Shown here: positions 59,810-64,000 of the stretch, one piece after another
How positions within the stretch are numbered: the first letter of the stretch is position 1
How the letters are laid out: every line of letters starts with the position of its first letter
Notes under the pieces: model-generated
The model's input: only the letters and a program-made list of their open reading frames with translations
Databases searched by the model: none
Told to the model about the DNA's origin: nothing
DNA from: a virus
DNA length: 64,000 nucleotides
IMG/VR virus record: IMGVR_UViG_3300020472_000012
Span: 1-64,000 of that record
Direction: 5' to 3' (one strand)
Translations under genes and position numbers: made by a program

Positions 59810-60742
59810 ATGACAGAAGAATTTTTATGGGTAGAGAAGTATCGTCCAAAAACTATTGAGGATTGTGTACTTCCATCACAAATCAAACAAACCTTTTTTG
59901 ACTTAAAAGGTGAAATTCCAAATATGATTCTTAGTGGTTCTGCTGGAACTGGTAAGACTACTGTTGCACGAGCATTGTGTGAACAAGTTGGTGCAGATTG
60001 GATTATCATTAATGGTTCAGAAGAGAGTGGTATTGATGTTCTTAGAACAAAGATTAAAAACTTTGCTTCTACTGTGTCGTTGGGTGGTGGAAACAAAGTT
60101 GTTATTCTCGATGAAGCAGATTATCTAAATCCACAATCAACCCAACCAGCATTGAGAGGATTCATCGAAGAGTTCCATAAGAACTGTAGATTTATCCTAA
60201 CATGCAACTTCAAGAACAGAATAATACAACCTTTGCATTCAAGATGCACTGTAATAGACTTTAGAATACCAGCTAATGAAAGACCAAGACTCGCATCTGT
60301 ATTCATGGCAAGATTAATGACAATCTTAACTGAGGAAGGTGTGAAGTGGAATACAGAAGTATTACAAGAACTGGTAATGAAATACTTTCCAGACTTTAGA
60401 AGAACTATAAATGAACTACAGAGATATGGAACTAGTGGTGAGATTGATGTAGGTATCTTAACTAATGTCCAAGAAGAAAGTTTAAAAGAACTAATGTCTC
60501 ATCTTAAAACCAAAAGGTTTACTGATATGAGACGATGGGTTGCAATGAATGTTGATAACGACCCAGTAATGCTATATAGAAAGTTGTATGATAGTTTATA
60601 TGAAACTGTCGATAAATCAACAATCCCACAAGCAGTTTTAATTATTGCAGATTATAGTTATAAGTCTGCATTTGTAGCCGACCAAGAAATTAACTTGGTT
60701 GCATGTTTAACCGAACTAATGATGGAGTGTAAATTTTCATGA
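59810..60742 (+). CDS. gp44: Clamp loader large subunit gp44
   Basis: LWVEKYRP; GSAGTGKTT; LDEAD; SRC; FPDFRR. Confidence 0.96.
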   Translation: MTEEFLWVEKYRPKTIEDCVLPSQIKQTFFDLKGEIPNMILSGSAGTGKTTVARALCEQVGADWIIINGSEESGIDVLRTKIKNFASTVSLGGGNKVVILDEADYLNPQSTQPALRGFIEEFHKNCRFILTCNFKNRIIQPLHSRCTVIDFRIPANERPRLASVFMARLMTILTEEGVKWNTEVLQELVMKYFPDFRRTINELQRYGTSGEIDVGILTNVQEESLKELMSHLKTKRFTDMRRWVAMNVDNDPVMLYRKLYDSLYETVDKSTIPQAVLIIADYSYKSAFVADQEINLVACLTELMMECKFS

Positions 60743-60906
60743 AACAATTTAAAGAATGGATAAACAGGGACAACAACAAATTTACTTTTGTTGGTGCCTT
60801 CTGTCTATTGGGTATGACAGTTACATGGGGTGATGGTATGGCTGAGTTTGCAACATTTTCAGCAATATTTGTTTTTTGTGTAATTAGAAAAGTGCTAAAT
60901 ATATAA
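60739..60906 (+). CDS. 55-aa two-TM protein (not in ORF track)
   Basis: MKQFKEWINRDNNKFTFVGAFCLLG...FSAIFVFCVIRKVLNI; ATGA overlap with gp44. Confidence 0.55.
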   Translation: MKQFKEWINRDNNKFTFVGAFCLLGMTVTWGDGMAEFATFSAIFVFCVIRKVLNI

Positions 60907-60907
60907 T

Positions 60908-61102
60908 ATGGAATACGAACTAGTACATTATATACTTTTAGGTCTCCTTGTTGGACTCGCATATTGGCATGGTCATAAGACTGGAGTCAATGCTGGTGCA
61001 GAAGGAATGTATGAACATTTATATAATAGTGGGACAAGAAAAGAAGATAAGGTTATTGTTGCATTAGAATATGAAGATAGACATTATAAAAAGGATTTTT
61101 AA
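60908..61102 (+). CDS. Small protein with N-terminal TM segment
   Basis: YILLGLLVGLAYW.G...G. Confidence 0.6.
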   Translation: MEYELVHYILLGLLVGLAYWHGHKTGVNAGAEGMYEHLYNSGTRKEDKVIVALEYEDRHYKKDF

Positions 61103-61866
61103 TGGAACAACCAACACTATCAAAAGATTTATTTAGAATCAAACTCAATGTTGGGTTAGACTATAGATTTATTGCTGATTGGTGTATAGAACATGAACAT
61201 CATCCATACTTCTCACATGATGAAGATGGGGTTGCAACACCAAATCAATTTAGTGATAATCTAAGGTCATATGTTAGAGGTTCCAAAGAAGGTATAGATT
61301 TTGGTGAAGATGGTGTAGCAGATTTAGAAGAGAAGACTAAAGACATAGAATATTATCATACCTATAATCCATTTTCATTTGGATTAAGACCATTTGCAGA
61401 TTTATACTGGAAGTTAAATGAGTTCTTCTATTCAGACCCACAAGTTAACGAGGCTGGTGAACCATATTACATTCATGGATGGTTTAATGTATATACAAAG
61501 AAAGATGAAGACAATAAAGGGTATGACCACATCCCTTGGCACAAACATATGGAAGTTTATCATCCACATATCTATCATGGATTTTATTGTGCAAATGTAC
61601 AACCTTCTCAAACTTGGTACAGAGAGGGCCCAGAATCTACAGAGGAATCGTGGTTAAAACATACAGACTATGATGATATGATAATATATTCACCATCATC
61701 ATTTGAACATGCATCAACGCCATGGCTTGAAGACAAACCTAGAGTGACGATTGCATTTGACATTATTCCAGAGAGTGTTTATCTCTCAGAACATAATATT
61801 GGTAACTATCAATGGGGATTAGAACCAAGACAATATCAATCAATACCATTTCCTAAATGCATATGA
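61102..61866 (+). CDS. 2OG-Fe(II) oxygenase-like protein (HxH type; paralogue of 30585-31220)
   Basis: HGWFNV; WHKH; YHG; EH; PRVTIAFDIIP; IPF. Confidence 0.75.
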   Translation: MEQPTLSKDLFRIKLNVGLDYRFIADWCIEHEHHPYFSHDEDGVATPNQFSDNLRSYVRGSKEGIDFGEDGVADLEEKTKDIEYYHTYNPFSFGLRPFADLYWKLNEFFYSDPQVNEAGEPYYIHGWFNVYTKKDEDNKGYDHIPWHKHMEVYHPHIYHGFYCANVQPSQTWYREGPESTEESWLKHTDYDDMIIYSPSSFEHASTPWLEDKPRVTIAFDIIPESVYLSEHNIGNYQWGLEPRQYQSIPFPKCI

Positions 61867-63128
61867 ACTATTTTCAATACACATTAAATGATTTAGAACA
61901 CAATTCTGCAAAGAAAGAATTCAATTACATTACCTTCTTTGCTGGTGGTGGTGGAAGTTCTTGTGCATATAAACTTGCTGGTGGTGATGTAAGATACATG
62001 AATGAGTTTCAACAGATTCATGTAGATACTTACCTTGCAAACTTTCCTAATACAGTTCATGAATGTAAAGATATAAAACAAGTCACTGGTAAAGATATTT
62101 TAGAAATGACAGGATTACAAAAAGGTGAACTTGATATTATGGATGGTTCTCCACCATGTCCACCATTCTCTATGGCTGGAAAGAAAAGAGAAGGTTGGGG
62201 TAAAGAGAAAGTTGCATATGGAATGAAACAACAGAACATAGAAGACCTTACTTGGGAAATGATTAGAATCGCAGAGGAAGTCATGCCCAAAGTTATAGTA
62301 TGTGAAAATGTGAAAGGTCTTTCTATGGACTATGCAAGAGACCATCTTATTAAGATGATAACAGATTTTGAAAAACTTGGGTATTCAGTTACATGGAAAA
62401 TCATGAAGGGTCATGAACATGGAGTACCACAAAAAAGAGAAAGAGTATTCTTAGTTGGTGTTCGTGATGATGTATTAGATGCAATAGGAATGCCATTTAT
62501 GTGTTTAAGTGGATTGTTTCCAGAGACAACTCCAGAAAGAATATCGATTGGAGAAGCAATTGATGACTTAATAGATGATGAAGAGAATAAGAAGGATGCA
62601 GAATATCTAGTTAATTCAATGAATAATTCATCAAAGTCACATTGGATTAATGGATTTGAGACACATCCAGACCCAGACTATGCACACTGTGGCCCATGTA
62701 AAGGGTTAGATGGTGTTGCAGATATGATGGGAAATCGTCCTTACATATCAATAGGTGATGATATTGTTGGGCCTTGGTTTGAAGAACAAATAGAAAATGG
62801 ACACTTAAAAGAAGAGGATGCAAAACATTCTTATTATATGTCAAGAATTGTTCCAAAACATCTTCCAGCACATTCACTAACTGAACAAGGATGTCAAGAA
62901 AAATTTATGGGTGGTAATCACTTCCACTATAGTGGTAAGAGGATATACACACCAAAAGAAATGGTCAGACTTATGACATTACCAAATGATTATAAGATGA
63001 CTGGGGACTATAACGATAAAGGTGCAAGAATAGGTTTAATGGTTGCACCACTATGTTTGTACTACTTAGTAGAACAAATAAAGGAACAGGTATTAAAGCC
63101 ATGGAATTCACTGCACCAAAAGACTTAG
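61857..63128 (+). CDS. DNA cytosine-C5 methyltransferase
   Basis: Motif I FAGGGG; IV GSPPC; VI ENVKG; VIII PQKRER; IX RLMTLP; X IGLMV.P. Confidence 0.93.
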   Translation: MHMNYFQYTLNDLEHNSAKKEFNYITFFAGGGGSSCAYKLAGGDVRYMNEFQQIHVDTYLANFPNTVHECKDIKQVTGKDILEMTGLQKGELDIMDGSPPCPPFSMAGKKREGWGKEKVAYGMKQQNIEDLTWEMIRIAEEVMPKVIVCENVKGLSMDYARDHLIKMITDFEKLGYSVTWKIMKGHEHGVPQKRERVFLVGVRDDVLDAIGMPFMCLSGLFPETTPERISIGEAIDDLIDDEENKKDAEYLVNSMNNSSKSHWINGFETHPDPDYAHCGPCKGLDGVADMMGNRPYISIGDDIVGPWFEEQIENGHLKEEDAKHSYYMSRIVPKHLPAHSLTEQGCQEKFMGGNHFHYSGKRIYTPKEMVRLMTLPNDYKMTGDYNDKGARIGLMVAPLCLYYLVEQIKEQVLKPWNSLHQKT

Positions 63129-64000
63129 GTTTTGACGAAACCTTTGAACGATTTAATGGGAAGTTCCTAGATGAAACTTCTTATGATACTGTTGTATCTT
63201 CTATTGGAGTAGAAGAAGATATTATCAAAATCTACAAACCAACTGGTTCATTGTTTGATAAACCATTACTTGCATGTATAGTAAAGAATACCTATCAAGG
63301 TGACACTTACCATCAAGTTAAAGACACTTTGTATTCTATAGATGATACTTCTACCATGAGAGCAAACGCTGCCGGCCCTATCGACCACGAAGAAATGAAA
63401 GCAAAAGGATTGATAGAAGGTAAAGATTATGTTCTAAGAACACCAAATTCATATTATCCATTAAAGAAGAATGGTGAATTCAATCGTATTGCAGAAGCAA
63501 ATGCAATTCATTCTGTCTTTGCTGGATATAAGAGAGGTAGATTTACTGGTATGATAGGATTATCAAACTGGTGTGAAAAGAAATCTAATATAGATAAATG
63601 GAATACAATGAAAAAGATTGCAGTTGTTAACGAACAAGCACTTAAGAAAGGTTGTCCAGATATCTGGAAACTACAAAGAACATATGCAGATGAATGTATA
63701 GAAGAGAAGTATCATTTAGGTGGTGCTCCAATTACTACATTATCTGCAAACAAATATACCAGTGAAGGGACTGCAAAGATGTCTGCACATATTGATGGTA
63801 AAGACCTAGAGTTTGGTATGACTACAATGTGTGTATTCAGATTAGGTAACTTTGGTGGTGCATATCTAACATTCCCAAGATATGGAATTGCAATTGAGGC
63901 TGATGATGGGGATGTATTGATTGCAGATTCAAACGAATTACATGGAGTCACCAAGATAGAAGGTGATGGAATAAGATTATCGTGTGTTGCATACTGTTCA
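63101..64000 (+). CDS. TET/JBP-family 2OG-Fe(II) dioxygenase, 3'-truncated (missing from ORF track)
   Basis: Open for 300 codons from ATG 63101: TTLSAN...SAHIDGKD..G...GGAYLTFPRY...GDVLIAD...LHGVT...RLSCVAY. Confidence 0.88.
   Translation, partial: MEFTAPKDLGFDETFERFNGKFLDETSYDTVVSSIGVEEDIIKIYKPTGSLFDKPLLACIVKNTYQGDTYHQVKDTLYSIDDTSTMRANAAGPIDHEEMKAKGLIEGKDYVLRTPNSYYPLKKNGEFNRIAEANAIHSVFAGYKRGRFTGMIGLSNWCEKKSNIDKWNTMKKIAVVNEQALKKGCPDIWKLQRTYADECIEEKYHLGGAPITTLSANKYTSEGTAKMSAHIDGKDLEFGMTTMCVFRLGNFGGAYLTFPRYGIAIEADDGDVLIADSNELHGVTKIEGDGIRLSCVAYCS

Noticed and set aside
684-63954. Many minus-strand and nested ORFs in the track (e.g. 37032-37586, 19805-20296, 63712-63954)
   Set aside because: They shadow well-supported + strand genes and lack RBS or motifs; 63712-63954 is antisense to the TET/JBP gene.

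Overview
A 64-kb, AT-rich segment of a T4-like myophage genome. Almost every gene is on the + strand. The host is probably an aquatic, non-photosynthetic proteobacterium (inferred from ACP, peptide deformylase, a TorF-like porin, a Coq4-like gene and a Pho-box-like site). Gene order: baseplate (gp7-like, gp8, DUF4815 protein), a tail-fibre cluster, an accessory modification cassette, neck/terminase/tail/head genes gp13-gp23, gp3-uvsY-uvsW-gp55-gp47-gp46, an accessory region (PDF, porin, Coq4-like, tRNA-Asp, VWA/MoxR pair), gp45-gp44, and a C5-cytosine methyltransferase overlapping a TET/JBP dioxygenase cut by the window end. Three observations stand out. (1) A 524-aa fibre-associated protein (19799-21373) has mirror-symmetric repeats that follow a strict unit-to-unit pairing code, implying one giant self-registered antiparallel hairpin. 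It is directly followed by a chaperone-like gene and a cassette of 2OG-Fe(II) oxygenases, an APS-kinase/nucleotidyltransferase fusion and other candidate tailoring enzymes. (2) The MTase-TET pair. (3) A window-wide sequence imprint: CCWGG and CCGG appear only where they overlap a GpC, while GGWCC and GATC are nearly absent, which predicts GpC-directed cytosine modification. All family calls come from motif recognition by eye; no searches were run.
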